NCBI GenBank assembly: GCA_963743915.1
Contig: CAVURN010000005.1
Span: 1 to 64,000 of the forward strand
From: an uncultured Actinomycetota bacterium
GTDB taxonomy: Bacteria > Actinomycetota > Actinomycetes > JAHEKZ01
Length of the DNA stretch: 64,000 bases
Direction of reading: 5' to 3'
A program made the position numbers and the translations under genes. The notes beneath the pieces are model-generated. The model saw only the letters and a program-made list of their open reading frames with translations, was not told the origin of the DNA and did not search any database. Positions 11,663 to 21,871 of this stretch are shown here, one piece after another. Numbering within the stretch: position 1 is the stretch's first letter; every line of letters begins with the position of its first letter.

Positions 11663-12237
11663 TCGAGCTGGAATCGGTAGGCGGAGAGGTGGTTCCTCGA
11701 ACCGTTGCGGAGGGCCTGCAGCACGTCATCCACGTGGCTGGAGGTCGACACGTCCAGGGCGTCCGCCAAGTCGGCCAGATCGGTGCGTTCGATGACAACC
11801 CCCACCCGGAGGGCCGCGACCAGGGACTTCTTGCCGCGGGCGGTCAACTCGTCGAACAGCTTCTGGAGCGTGGGATCGGTGAAGTCCCCGAGCGTGTGAG
11901 ACGCAGCCGGGTCGGTGATCCCGTAGGTCTCGAGGAGCCCGGCCACCGCGGCCGTGTGGCGCATCTCGCTGTCAGCGATTGTTCCGAAGACCCGCAACCG
12001 GTAGTGCCGGGACATGATCACGTAGACGTCATGCGCGAGGAACTCCTCCTCGCGGATGTAGCGAAGGTTTGCGGCCTCCTGCTGGCTCAGGGACACCCCC
12101 GACTCCCGAGACCCGCGATCGTCGCCGGCCAGGCGACCGGACGCGGGCGTGGCGCCCGGCCCTCCGACCAGTCCGGCGGCCATGATCGTGCTGATCCCGA
12201 CCAGCGACCAGGTCAAGGTCCGGCTACCTCTCGACAT
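11653..12237 (-). CDS. DUF2202 ferritin-like exported protein
   Basis: REEEFLAHDVY, SEMRH, IERTD, GSRNHL motifs; N-terminal signal/TM. Confidence 0.85.
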   Translation of the reverse strand: MSRGSRTLTWSLVGISTIMAAGLVGGPGATPASGRLAGDDRGSRESGVSLSQQEAANLRYIREEEFLAHDVYVIMSRHYRLRVFGTIADSEMRHTAAVAGLLETYGITDPAASHTLGDFTDPTLQKLFDELTARGKKSLVAALRVGVVIERTDLADLADALDVSTSSHVDDVLQALRNGSRNHLSAYRFQLDQL

Positions 12238-12327
12238 CGTCGGCTCCTCTGCTCCACGGGACTGTCAGCTCGACCTTCCTCGTGTTCCAGCAGAACCCGA
12301 TCGCGAGGACCTCCCGTGGACGCGAGG

Positions 12328-12346
12328 TGGAGATCGAGTGGAGACA
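12328..12346. promoter_or_regulatory. Tandem direct repeat TGGAGATC-n3-TGGAGACA (putative response-regulator box)
   Basis: Matches 9537-9555, same orientation relative to its - strand gene. Confidence 0.6.
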
Positions 12347-12359
12347 GGGGTGGGCTCAC

Positions 12360-13822
12360 CTACCCATGGTTCACCCGCACGGTCTCCCCGTCGCGCGGCA
12401 CGACAGCGTTCCACCGCAGCTCCTGCCGGAAACGACGGGCATCTCCCCGTCGCGGGGCACGACGGCGTTCCACCGCAGCTCCTGCCGGAAGCGACGCGCG
12501 AGAGCCGCCGACGACTCCGGCTCGCCGTGCACCAGGAACGTGGTGTCCGGTGGCTCCACCATCTGTGACGCCCACTGCAGGAGCTCGTCCGCGTCCGCGT
12601 GCACCGAGAAGCCCTCGATCTGGGTGACCTCGGCCCGAACAGGGATGTACTTCCCGTGCATCTTCAGGGCAGATGCTCCCTCGACGAGGTCCCGGCCACG
12701 CGTCCCGACGGCCTGGTACCCGACCAGCACCACGCTGTTCCGCTCCTCCGGGAGCAGGTACTTGAGGTGGTGCACCACGCGTCCGCCGGCAGCCATGCCC
12801 GAGGCGGAGATGATGATGCACGGGTGATCGGGCGAGTTCAGCTCGCGCGACTCCAGTGCGGTGTGAGCCTCGCGCAGCCCCGCGACCTCGAGCAGTGACG
12901 CCACGCCGTCCCGAACGTCACGTCGTTCGTTCAGGAGCGCCTCTCGGTAGATGCGAAGCACCTGCAACGCCATCGGGCTGTCGAGGTAGATGGGCACCGC
13001 CGGGATGTCACCGGATGCCAAGAGCCGTCCGAGAGCCACCATCAGCACCTCGGTGCGGTCGACCGCGAACGCAGGGATGACCACCACACCACCCCGATCG
13101 ACGGTGCGCCGCACGACGTCGGCGAGCTCGTCGACGCCGGACGTCGGGTGTCGCCGGTCGCCGTAGGTCGACTCGATCACCAGGGTGTCCACGGTCGGCG
13201 GCGGCTCCGGTGGACGCAGCAACGGATGGTGCGGACGCCCCAGGTCGCCGCTGAACAGCACCGACCCGAAGGGCGACTCGAGGAGCACCGAGGCCGAGCC
13301 GAGGATGTGCCCAGCGGGCCTCAGCCGCGCCGAGAGCTCGTCACTGACCACGCGCTCCTCGTCGAAGTCCACCGGCGTGAAGAGCGGCAGGACCCGTTCG
13401 ACGTCGGCAGCGTCGTAGAGCGGTTTCGGGCTGGTGTGCTTCGAGAAGCCCTTGCTGGCCGCATACGCCGCGTCCTCCTCCTGCAGCTTGGCGCTGTCGC
13501 GCAGCACCAGCTCGGCGAGACTGAGGGTGTCGTGGGTCGCGATGACCGGACCGGTGAACCCGTCGCGGGCCAGCACCGGCAGGTAGCCCGAGTGGTCGAG
13601 GTGGGCGTGACTGATCACGACCGCGTCGAGCACGGTGGGGTCGAACGGTGCCGGGTCCCAGTTGCGGCGTCGCAACGCCCGGAGTCCTTGGTAGAGGCCG
13701 GCGTCCACGAGCACGTGCGCGCTGCCCGCGCGCACGAGAAAGCGGCTGCCGGTCACGGTGCCGGTCGCGCCGTAGAAGGACAGGGTCATCGTCGACGGCT
13801 CAGTGGGGCTGCATGGCTTCAC
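12360..13822 (-). CDS. MBL-fold/beta-CASP ribonuclease-like hydrolase
   Basis: SHAHLDHSG, AGHILGS, SGDLG, ESTYG, SASGM, FSVHAD, LVHGE; 3' end duplicated. Confidence 0.9.
12383..12496. repeat. Imperfect tandem duplication, 2 x 55 bp with 59-bp period, of the MBL gene 3' end
   Basis: 12383-12437 vs 12442-12496, 52/55 identical. Confidence 0.9.
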
Positions 13823-13877
13823 CTTGGTGCCTCAGCACCGGTCCGGGCCAGTGCCCAAAGGTCCCCGCGGCGAGTGT

Positions 13878-14400
13878 CTACTCGCCGACGGAGCCGTCGA
13901 TCATCTCGCGCAGCAGGTCGGCGTGACCGTTGTGTCGCGCGTACTCCTCGATCAGGTGAGTGAGGAGCCACCGCACCGAGAGCGTGTCACCGGTACGGGG
14001 GTGCACGAAGGTGTCACCGAGTCCACGTCCCTCGACCCGCCGACGTGCCTCCGCCATCTCCTCGACGAGTGCCCCGTAGTCCTCCTCCGCCGTCCCGGGG
14101 GTCGATCTCGTCGAAGTCGGCATCGGGGTTCTCATCGGTCCAGTACCGGTATCCGACGTCTTCGCCCGACATCCGGATCCGGAACCAGGCGCGCTCGACG
14201 TCGACCATGTGCCTGATCAGGCCGAGCAGCGACAGCGTCGACGGCGGGATCGACCGACGGGAGAGCTCCTCCCCGGTCAGCCCGGAGCACTTCCACAGGA
14301 AGGTCTGGCGCTGGAACTCCAGGTACCCGAGCAGCGTGCTGCGCTCGTCGGCTACTGGCGGAGGGTCCTCGCGGGTGGCTGGGGGCGCTGTCCACGTCAT
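13878..14400 (-). CDS. DinB/DUF664 family protein (frameshift near 14090)
   Basis: [15 protein letters not shown]; [18 protein letters not shown]. Confidence 0.88.
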
Positions 14401-14475
14401 CGGGCCACCCTACGGATGACCTCGCGCCGGGAAAAGGCTTCGCAGTCCAGTGGGTCGAGGTGGTAGGCACGGGGC

Positions 14476-15717
14476 GTGACCATCGTCGTACGACCGTTCG
14501 GTGAGGGCTTCAGTGATTCGGAGTCGGCGCTGCGCGCCCTGCTCGACGTCGACGAGTCGGCCTTCGGGGAGGCGGCGGGAGAGAACCTGGACTCCCCCCA
14601 CCTCACGATCCTGGAGCAGGACCGGACGCTGCTCGCATGGGATCACGACCAGGTCGTCGGGGCGTCGTCGATCTACACCCTCGACCTCAGCACGCCCGGC
14701 GGTACCGTCCCGACGGCCGGTGTGACCTGGGTCGGCGTCCGCCCGACCCACCGGCGGCAGGGCGCGATGCGGATGATGCTCGCCCAGCTCCACGCACAGG
14801 CGTCCGAACGGAACGAGCCGGTCGCCGCACTCTGGGCGGCGCAGTCACCCATCTACCAGCGGTTCGGATACGGGGTGGCGACCCGACTGATGAGGACGGT
14901 GATCCCCAGCGCTGCCGGCGCACTGTTCGAGGCACCGACCGACGCCTCGATCTGGCTCCGCATGATGGCGCCCGCCGAGGACCGCGAGCTGACGCAGCAG
15001 GTCTACGACGCCATGAGGTCCAGGCGTCCCGGCTTCCCCGCGATCGATGAGAAGTGGCATCGACGCCTGGTGGACGACCCGGCGGATCAACGCGGTGGAG
15101 CGTCCCCGTTGACCACGGTCGTGGCACTGGATGAGGACGGACCACGCGGGTACGTCCGCTACACCCTCAAGCCGAACTGGTCGGAGGGCTATGCCGACGG
15201 CACCGTGCAGGTGCGGCACATGCTCGCGCTCGACCCTGCAGCGTCTGCAACCCTCTGGCGCTACCTCATCGAGTTCGATCTCTCCGGACGCGTCGATGCA
15301 TGGAACACAGCGGTCGACGATCCCTTGCAGCACTGGCTCGAGGAGCCGCGGCGCGGTACCCGCCAGGTGGAGGACCAGCTCTACGTGAAGCTGCTGGACG
15401 TCGGTGGCGCCCTGGTCCGGCGCACCTACGCTGCCCCGATCGACATCGTCCTGGAAGTCCGCGATGACGACGTGCGGGAGAACACCGGGCGTTGGCGGCT
15501 GAGCGGCGACACCGAAGGGGCGGTCTGCGAACGCACCAGCGACCCCCCTGACCTGTCGATGGACGTCCGGTCGCTCGGCGCCGCGTACCTCGGCGGCACC
15601 ACGTTCGTCGATCACCGGTCCGCCGGCTGGGTGTCGGAGCACACGGCGGGCGCGGCAGCCACCGCGAGCGCCGCGTTCCGGCACACCCCGGCCCCCTACT
15701 CGCCGTTCGTCTTCTGA
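14476..15717 (+). CDS. Eis-family GNAT acetyltransferase with SCP2-like C-terminus
   Basis: AGVTWVGVRPTHRRQG, IYQRFGYG, LGAAYLGG. Confidence 0.88.
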   Translation: MTIVVRPFGEGFSDSESALRALLDVDESAFGEAAGENLDSPHLTILEQDRTLLAWDHDQVVGASSIYTLDLSTPGGTVPTAGVTWVGVRPTHRRQGAMRMMLAQLHAQASERNEPVAALWAAQSPIYQRFGYGVATRLMRTVIPSAAGALFEAPTDASIWLRMMAPAEDRELTQQVYDAMRSRRPGFPAIDEKWHRRLVDDPADQRGGASPLTTVVALDEDGPRGYVRYTLKPNWSEGYADGTVQVRHMLALDPAASATLWRYLIEFDLSGRVDAWNTAVDDPLQHWLEEPRRGTRQVEDQLYVKLLDVGGALVRRTYAAPIDIVLEVRDDDVRENTGRWRLSGDTEGAVCERTSDPPDLSMDVRSLGAAYLGGTTFVDHRSAGWVSEHTAGAAATASAAFRHTPAPYSPFVF

Positions 15718-15721
15718 GGAG

Positions 15722-16513
15722 TCACTTCTGGCAGGTCGGGCACCAGTACAGGACGCGCCCGGCCAGGTCCGCTGACCTGATCGGGGTGCGGCAGCGTCGG
15801 CACCAACGCCCGGTGCGGCGGTAGACGTAGTGGGCGTCGGTCGCACGCACCACGCGCCCCTGGTGCTCCCGGTCCGCCGGCTCGGTGGTGATGATCCGTC
15901 CCTGGCGGACACCGGCGCGCAGCAGCGTCCGGGCGTCCTGCCACAGACCGCTCCACGTCTCGGCGTCCACGTCGGTGCCCGGACGGTACGGGTCCACGGC
16001 CGCGCGGTAGAGCAGCTCGGCGCGATAGACGTTGCCGATACCGGCGACGACGGTCTGGTCCATGAGCAAGGCGGCGATGGGCTGGCTGCTGCGCGAAAGA
16101 CGCACCCAGGCACGTGCGGGGTCCGCGTCGCGCCGGAGGGGATCGGGGCCGAGTCTGTTCACGATCAGCTGTCGCTGGTCGCCGTCGATCAGCTGGCAGC
16201 GGGTGGGACCGATCAGGTCGGCGAACCAGTCGTCCACGGCGAGCCGCATCCGCACCGTCGGTCGCGCTGCTGGCGCCGGCTGCCGCGCCGTCCAGACCTT
16301 GCCGAACAGTCCGAGGTGCACGTGCACGTAGCGGCGGCCGTCGAACTCGTAGAACAGATGCTTGCCGTACGCCTCGACCGCCCGCAGCGCGCGACCCGTG
16401 AGCCGCTCGGCGTCCACGAACCGACCCTGAGGGCTGGTGACGCGCACCTCGTCGCCGACGAAGTGCGACCGGTGCTCACGCGCGATGCGGTGGATCGTGT
16501 GACCCTCGGGCAT
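15722..16513 (-). CDS. nei: Fpg/Nei family DNA glycosylase
   Basis: MPEGHT N-terminus, GKHL, H2TH AGIGNVYRAE, C4 zinc finger. Confidence 0.92.
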   Translation of the reverse strand: MPEGHTIHRIAREHRSHFVGDEVRVTSPQGRFVDAERLTGRALRAVEAYGKHLFYEFDGRRYVHVHLGLFGKVWTARQPAPAARPTVRMRLAVDDWFADLIGPTRCQLIDGDQRQLIVNRLGPDPLRRDADPARAWVRLSRSSQPIAALLMDQTVVAGIGNVYRAELLYRAAVDPYRPGTDVDAETWSGLWQDARTLLRAGVRQGRIITTEPADREHQGRVVRATDAHYVYRRTGRWCRRCRTPIRSADLAGRVLYWCPTCQK

Positions 16514-16542
16514 GGGGACACTCTGCCGTCCCCCTCGACGCC

Positions 16543-17010
16543 TCAGCGGAGTGGGGGCACGCGAGACGTCCGCTCGTAGTCGGTCAGCTGACCGATCCGC
16601 CGAATGTGACGCGCGTCGCCGCTGAAGGGTGTCGCCAGGAACGCCTCGACGAAGGCGAGCAGCTCGTCCTGCGCGTGCATCCGCGCACCCAGCGACATCA
16701 CGTTCGCGTCGTTGTGCTCTCGCGCGAGCCGTGCGATCTCCTCGCTCCAGACGAGGGCCGCCCGAACGCCGTCGACCTTGTTCGCGGCAATCTGCTCACC
16801 ATTGCCCGAGCCTCCGAGCACGATGCCCAGACTGCCCGGGTCCGAGGCGACCGCGGCTCCCGTCGTCAGACAGAAGTGTGGGTAGTCATCGAGCGCGTCG
16901 TACTCGTGTGGGCCGTGGTCCACCACTTCGTGGCCTCGCGCGGCAAGCGATCGGACAAGAGCGCCCTTTGCCTCGAAGCCGGCGTGGTCGGAGCCGATGT
17001 GGACGCGCAT
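16543..17010 (-). CDS. rpiB: Ribose-5-phosphate isomerase B
   Basis: GSDHAG, GGSGNGEQIAANK, AREHNDAN. Confidence 0.95.
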   Translation of the reverse strand: MRVHIGSDHAGFEAKGALVRSLAARGHEVVDHGPHEYDALDDYPHFCLTTGAAVASDPGSLGIVLGGSGNGEQIAANKVDGVRAALVWSEEIARLAREHNDANVMSLGARMHAQDELLAFVEAFLATPFSGDARHIRRIGQLTDYERTSRVPPLR

Positions 17011-17621
17011 CAGCCCTTCTTGACCTTCTCGACGATTCGCCAGGCCAGCGGGAAGAGGCCGGCCGCCGCCAGCACCTTGAGCGTGTCGGTGATGACGAAC
17101 GGGTAGAGCCCGTACTCGAGACCGGTCGCAAGATTGACGTCCAACGCGTTCATGAGGACGGGAACCCCGATCGCGTAGATGATCAGCGTCCCGAGGAACA
17201 TCTCCGCGGTGGAGCTGAGGAAGCGGCGATCGTTCCCGCGTCCGGACAGGTAGCCGACAACTGCGGCCGCGACGATGAAGCCGACGAGGTAGCCCATCGT
17301 GGCCCGCGCCGCGTCGTAGCCCGAGTCAGCGCCCTGGAACCACGGGACACCCGCCAGCCCGGCCGCAAGGTAGAGCGCCATCGACAGTGCTCCCCGCAGC
17401 CATCCGAAGGAGGCACCCACCAGCAGCACCGCGAACGTCTGCAAGGTGTACGGCACTGGGGAGATCGACGGGATGGTGATCGACACCTGTGCCGCCAGGC
17501 CGGTCAGCGCCGCACCGCCGACGACCAGGGCGGCGTCACGGACGATCGCAGTGGCTCCGGTCCCTGGGATCAGGTCGGCAAGGGTTCCCGGGCGGGTGAG
17601 CGAGGGGGACAGGGTGGTCAC
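17010..17621 (-). CDS. bioY: Biotin transporter BioY
   Basis: PVPYTLQTFAV, TMGYLVGF, YPFVITDTLK. Confidence 0.92.
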   Translation of the reverse strand: MTTLSPSLTRPGTLADLIPGTGATAIVRDAALVVGGAALTGLAAQVSITIPSISPVPYTLQTFAVLLVGASFGWLRGALSMALYLAAGLAGVPWFQGADSGYDAARATMGYLVGFIVAAAVVGYLSGRGNDRRFLSSTAEMFLGTLIIYAIGVPVLMNALDVNLATGLEYGLYPFVITDTLKVLAAAGLFPLAWRIVEKVKKG

Positions 17622-17782
17622 AGGGGCCTCCATGGGCGGCTGACTGGCGAGCAACTGTGCGACGCGGACAACGCTCCGGAACGCTAGCGCACACCGGATC
17701 GGCTCCTCGCGGTGAGCACCCCCAGAAACTGGACAGCAGGTTTGGTGAGATCACCACAGAAGGCGTGGCATGAGCCCCTCAT

Positions 17783-18111
17783 GTGTGCTGCACTCGGACC
17801 GTCGAGACTGGAGAAGGTGCAGCTGGGCACGAGGACCCTGCCGTGATCGGTGCCTCCCCGACCCAGCACGAGCGCCTGCCCCTGGTGGCCTCGATCGTGA
17901 TCTCATCGGTCGGAATCGTGGCCAGCATCGTCGGTTGGTGGCTCGTCCGGGCGCACAACGAGGGGGCCGTCGAGACCGGAGGCCGCATCCGGGATCTCGC
18001 TACTGGCTGGCGGTGGTGGCCGGGATGCTCGCCATGGCCCTCATCATGACGCCCGTCGTGGCCGTGGCGAACGCGTTCGTCGTGACCCGTGGCGTCATGC
18101 TCAACGACTGA
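17783..18111 (+). CDS. Small two-TM hypothetical protein (frameshift near 18000)
   Basis: Two hydrophobic segments in adjacent frames; start uncertain. Confidence 0.35.
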
Positions 18112-18239
18112 GCTGCCAGCAGCAGGCCTTCCAGGAATCCCGGTGCCGGACTGGATTCGGCTCCACTAGGTTTGAGAGCGGCGCGCTCGCGAGTGACGGG
18201 CGTAGCGTGGCCGTCGATCCCCGCCCCGAAGGAGAGCCC

Positions 18240-20759
18240 GTGCCCGGCGAGAACCTGACCCGCGACGAGGCGCGCACGCGCGCCGGCCTGCTCAGCGTCG
18301 ATGCCTACGAGGTGACACTCGACCTGACCACGGGCGACGAGACCTTCCTCTCCGACACCGTGGTGCGCTTCTCCGCCGAGTCCGGAGCCGAGACCTTCAT
18401 CGACCTCATCGCCCCACGCGTCCGGTCGATCACCCTGAACGGCGCTGACGTCGACGTGGCCGCCTTCGACGGTGCACGAGTGAACCTGACCGGGCTGGCG
18501 TCCGAGAACGAGCTCCGCATCGTGGCCGACTGCGCGTACATGAACACGGGCGAGGGGCTGCACCGCTTCGTCGACCCCGTGGACAAAGCGGTGTACCTCT
18601 ACACCCAGTTCGAGGTCATCGATGCACGACGTATGTTCGCCTGCTTCGACCAGCCCGACCTCAAGGGCACCTTCGCCTTCGCCGTCACCGCACCGGACGA
18701 CTGGGAGGTCATCTCCAACTCCCCCACCCCGACGCCCGAGACGATCACTGCAGGAACCGCGCGCTGGGTGTTCGATCCGACGCCGCGCATGTCCACGTAC
18801 ATCACCGCGCTCGTGGCCGGCCCGTACCACGCGGTCCGCGACGAGCACCGCGGCATTCCGATGGCGGTGTTCTGCCGCCGCTCGCTCTCGGAGTACCTGG
18901 ACGCGGATCGCGTCCTGGACGTCACCAAGCGCGGGTTCGACTTCTTCGAGGAGCTGTTCGCCCGTCCCTATCCGTTCGAGAAGTACGACCAGCTGTTCGT
19001 GCCTGAGTTCAACGCCGGTGCGATGGAGAACGCCGGTGCAGTGACCATCCTCGAGGACTACGTCTTCCGGTCCAAGGTCACCGACGCGGCCTACGAGCGT
19101 CGCGCCGAGACGATCCTGCACGAGCTCGCGCACATGTGGTTCGGCGACCTCGTGACGATGCGCTGGTGGGATGACCTGTGGCTCAACGAGTCGTTCGCCA
19201 CCTACGCGTCGGTCCTCGCACAGTCGGAGGCGACCCACTGGACGAACGCGTGGACCACGTTCGCCAACCTCGAGAAGACCTGGGCCTATCGGCAGGACCA
19301 GCTGCCGTCGACCCACCCCATCTCCGCGGACATCCGGGACATCGAGGACGTCGAGGTCAACTTCGACGGCATCACGTACGCCAAGGGCGCGTCAGTGCTC
19401 AAGCAGCTGGTGGCGTGGGTCGGCCGTGACGCCTTCGTCCAGGGGGTTCGCTCGTACTTCGACGAGCATGCGTGGGGGAACACCGAGCTGTCGGACCTGC
19501 TCGGCGCGCTCGAGAGGACTTCCGGCCGCGACCTGTCGAGCTGGGCCAAGGAGTGGTTGGAGACCGCCGGTCTCAACACCGTCCGCCCCGAGTTCACCAC
19601 GGACGCCGACGGTCGCTTCACGACGTTCGACATCGTGCAGTCCGCGCCGGCGGACCACCCGACCCTGAGGTCGCATCGGATGGCCGTGGGCCTCTACCGT
19701 CGCAGTGAGGCCGGCTTGGTGCGCGAGCAACGAGTCGAGCTGGACGTGGTCGGTGAGCGTACGGCGGTGCCCGAGCTCGTCGGTGTGGAGCAGCCGGACC
19801 TCGTGCTGGTGAACGACGACGATCTCGCCTACACCAAGATCAGGCTCGACGAGCGCTCCGCTCGAACCCTCGTCGATGGCATCGGGGAGCTGCGCGACAG
19901 CCTGGCGCGCGCCCTCTGCTGGACCGCCGCCTGGGACATGACGCGGGACGCCGAGCTGTCGGCGTCGGACTGGGTGGCCCTCGTCCGCAGCGGGCTGCCT
20001 CACGAGTCCGACATCGGTGTCCAGCAGGGGGTGCTGCGGCAGGCGGCGTCGGCCCTGCACCTGTTCACCCCGGTGGCCGGACGCGAGGCAGCGCTGGCGG
20101 ACTTCGCCGACTTCCTCGGGGAGCAGGCGCGCGACGCCGAGCCGGGTTCGGATCGTCAGCTCTCCCTCGTCCGCTCCTTCGTCTCTCTCGCGCGAACCGA
20201 CGAGCAGCTGTCGCTGGTGAGCGCTGCCCTGGACGGCAGCGACCCGTTCACCGGCCTGACCGTCGACGCCGACCTGCGATGGGCGCTGCTGCACCGACTC
20301 GTCGCCATGGGTCGTGCGGACGATGAGGCGATCGAGGCTGAGCTGGAGCGTGACCGGACTGCCAGTGGCGAGCGGCAAGCGGCCGCGACCCGCGCGGCGC
20401 TGCCCACCCTCGAGGCGAAGGAGAGCGCTTGGCGAGCCGTCGTGGACTCGGACGACCTTCCCAATGCGCTGCTCAACGCGACCGTTGCCGGCTTCAACAA
20501 CCCCGATCACAGCGAGCTGAACCGAGCCTTCGTCGACCGCTACTTCGGGATGATCGAGGACGTGTGGCGCACCCGCACCAACGAGTCGGCGCAGACGCTG
20601 GTCAATGGGCTCTTCCCCGCATTCCTCGTGGAGCAGGAGACCATCGACCGCACCGAGGCACACCTGGCGGCGCATGACACGCCTCCGGCGCTGCGTCGGC
20701 TGCTGCTCGAAGGCGCCGACGGCATCCGCCGCGCGCTGCGCGTCCAAGCCGTGAGCTGA
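18240..20759 (+). CDS. pepN: Aminopeptidase N (M1 family)
   Basis: GAMEN, HELAH..E zinc motif, MPGENLTR N-terminus. Confidence 0.97.
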   Translation: MPGENLTRDEARTRAGLLSVDAYEVTLDLTTGDETFLSDTVVRFSAESGAETFIDLIAPRVRSITLNGADVDVAAFDGARVNLTGLASENELRIVADCAYMNTGEGLHRFVDPVDKAVYLYTQFEVIDARRMFACFDQPDLKGTFAFAVTAPDDWEVISNSPTPTPETITAGTARWVFDPTPRMSTYITALVAGPYHAVRDEHRGIPMAVFCRRSLSEYLDADRVLDVTKRGFDFFEELFARPYPFEKYDQLFVPEFNAGAMENAGAVTILEDYVFRSKVTDAAYERRAETILHELAHMWFGDLVTMRWWDDLWLNESFATYASVLAQSEATHWTNAWTTFANLEKTWAYRQDQLPSTHPISADIRDIEDVEVNFDGITYAKGASVLKQLVAWVGRDAFVQGVRSYFDEHAWGNTELSDLLGALERTSGRDLSSWAKEWLETAGLNTVRPEFTTDADGRFTTFDIVQSAPADHPTLRSHRMAVGLYRRSEAGLVREQRVELDVVGERTAVPELVGVEQPDLVLVNDDDLAYTKIRLDERSARTLVDGIGELRDSLARALCWTAAWDMTRDAELSASDWVALVRSGLPHESDIGVQQGVLRQAASALHLFTPVAGREAALADFADFLGEQARDAEPGSDRQLSLVRSFVSLARTDEQLSLVSAALDGSDPFTGLTVDADLRWALLHRLVAMGRADDEAIEAELERDRTASGERQAAATRAALPTLEAKESAWRAVVDSDDLPNALLNATVAGFNNPDHSELNRAFVDRYFGMIEDVWRTRTNESAQTLVNGLFPAFLVEQETIDRTEAHLAAHDTPPALRRLLLEGADGIRRALRVQAVS

Positions 20760-20762
20760 ATT

Positions 20763-20867
20763 CCCGCCGAGTGCTGGGTTGGTTGACGCCACCGCCCGCC
20801 GAGTGCTGGGTTGGTTGACGCCACGGCCCGTCGAGTGCTGGGTTGGTTGACGCCACAGCCCGCCGAG
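20763..20867 (+). repeat. Tandem array of 32-bp unit GCCCGCCGAGTGCTGGGTTGGTTGACGCCACN (about 3.3 copies)
   Basis: Units start at 20763, 20794, 20826, 20858 (partial). Confidence 0.95.
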
Positions 20868-20870
20868 ATG

Positions 20871-21779
20871 TCATGGCTGGCTCGAGGCTGCCTTGGCCTC
20901 GGCAACGAGTTCCGACACCTGCTGCTCGAAGTGAAGTGACGTCGTGAAGATGTCCTCGCGTCTGAAGGCCCGAACCGTCCATTCTCGCCCTTCGATCCAG
21001 CCACGTCGGGCTTCGTCGTGCGCGCGTTGCTCCTCCGGGTGGAACTCCTCTCCGTCGTACTCGAGCGCGAGACGCCAGTGCTCCCATCCCAGATCCAGGA
21101 AGAACCGCACCCGACCGAAGAGGTCGTAGACGGGTATCTGGAGCTCGGGTCTCGGCAGGCCCATGTCGAGGACCCGGAGTCGAAGCCGAGACTCACCGCC
21201 AGACTGAGATCGTCCATCCGCCTTCTCGGCCGTCGAGTAAGCCTGGCGGATCCCCCGACGGCCCTTCCAGCGAACGAGCTGCTTGGTGAACTCGCCCAGA
21301 TCGATCAACTCCAGGTGCAAGAAGGCGTCGACGGCCACCAGCGCGTCCGTGCGAGGTGCAAACCGAGCTAGATCCGAAGCCGTGCGTAGGGGCGTGGTCA
21401 CCCTGAGCCCGCCGACTTCGATCACGTCAGAGGGGAGAAGATCATCAGCCACGTGGGCCTCCATGAGGCGATTGCACGGTCTCCGCCCAGGGGTTCGAGT
21501 GACCGTGTCAATTCTCGGCGTCGCCGGGAACCCTCGATGGTCCAGAGCGTCCACGCCGTGAATCCAGGCAGCGGCACGACGGGCCACGACGACATCCTCC
21601 GAGATTGCCCGTCTAGTGATGGCGAGGCGAAGCTCGAGGGTGTCGGGCACCTTCGCGTCGACGAAGAATCCCGGCAGCACCTCCCGCACGAGACCTTCCT
21701 CGCTCAGCGTGCGCCAGTGTCGGTCTTTCAAGCCGAGGTCTCGGGCCTCGTCGCGGGTAAAGGGACTTGATGGCAACAT
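20871..21779 (-). CDS. AbiEi-like N-terminal + DUF559/Vsr-like PD-(D/E)xK endonuclease-domain protein
   Basis: AAAWIHG, GLRVTTPLRTASDL, SQSGGESRLRL, PELQ, LDLGW...ALEYDGEEFH, DEARR. Confidence 0.82.
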   Translation of the reverse strand: MLPSSPFTRDEARDLGLKDRHWRTLSEEGLVREVLPGFFVDAKVPDTLELRLAITRRAISEDVVVARRAAAWIHGVDALDHRGFPATPRIDTVTRTPGRRPCNRLMEAHVADDLLPSDVIEVGGLRVTTPLRTASDLARFAPRTDALVAVDAFLHLELIDLGEFTKQLVRWKGRRGIRQAYSTAEKADGRSQSGGESRLRLRVLDMGLPRPELQIPVYDLFGRVRFFLDLGWEHWRLALEYDGEEFHPEEQRAHDEARRGWIEGREWTVRAFRREDIFTTSLHFEQQVSELVAEAKAASSQP

Positions 21780-21871
21780 GCTGCGCAGAGTGGCCCGAGG
21801 GTGAACCTGGGGTGGGTGCCCCGAACTGATCTGTGGATGACGCTTGGTCGAGATCGTGGACGGTCCTCGGA

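Noticed and set aside
12383-12496. DGR template/variable repeat pair
   Set aside because: Differences are synonymous rather than adenine-specific diversifying changes, and no reverse transcriptase is present in the window.
17640-17770. Riboswitch upstream of bioY
   Set aside because: No aptamer consensus or convincing structure recognised.
18000-20792. Long antisense ORFs such as 18000..19316 and 19392..20792 (also 52814..54496 and 61846..63489)
   Set aside because: Shadow ORFs opposite real genes, typical of high-GC codon bias, with no recognisable motifs.
20763-20867. CRISPR array
   Set aside because: Units are directly tandem with no unique spacers, and no cas genes are present.
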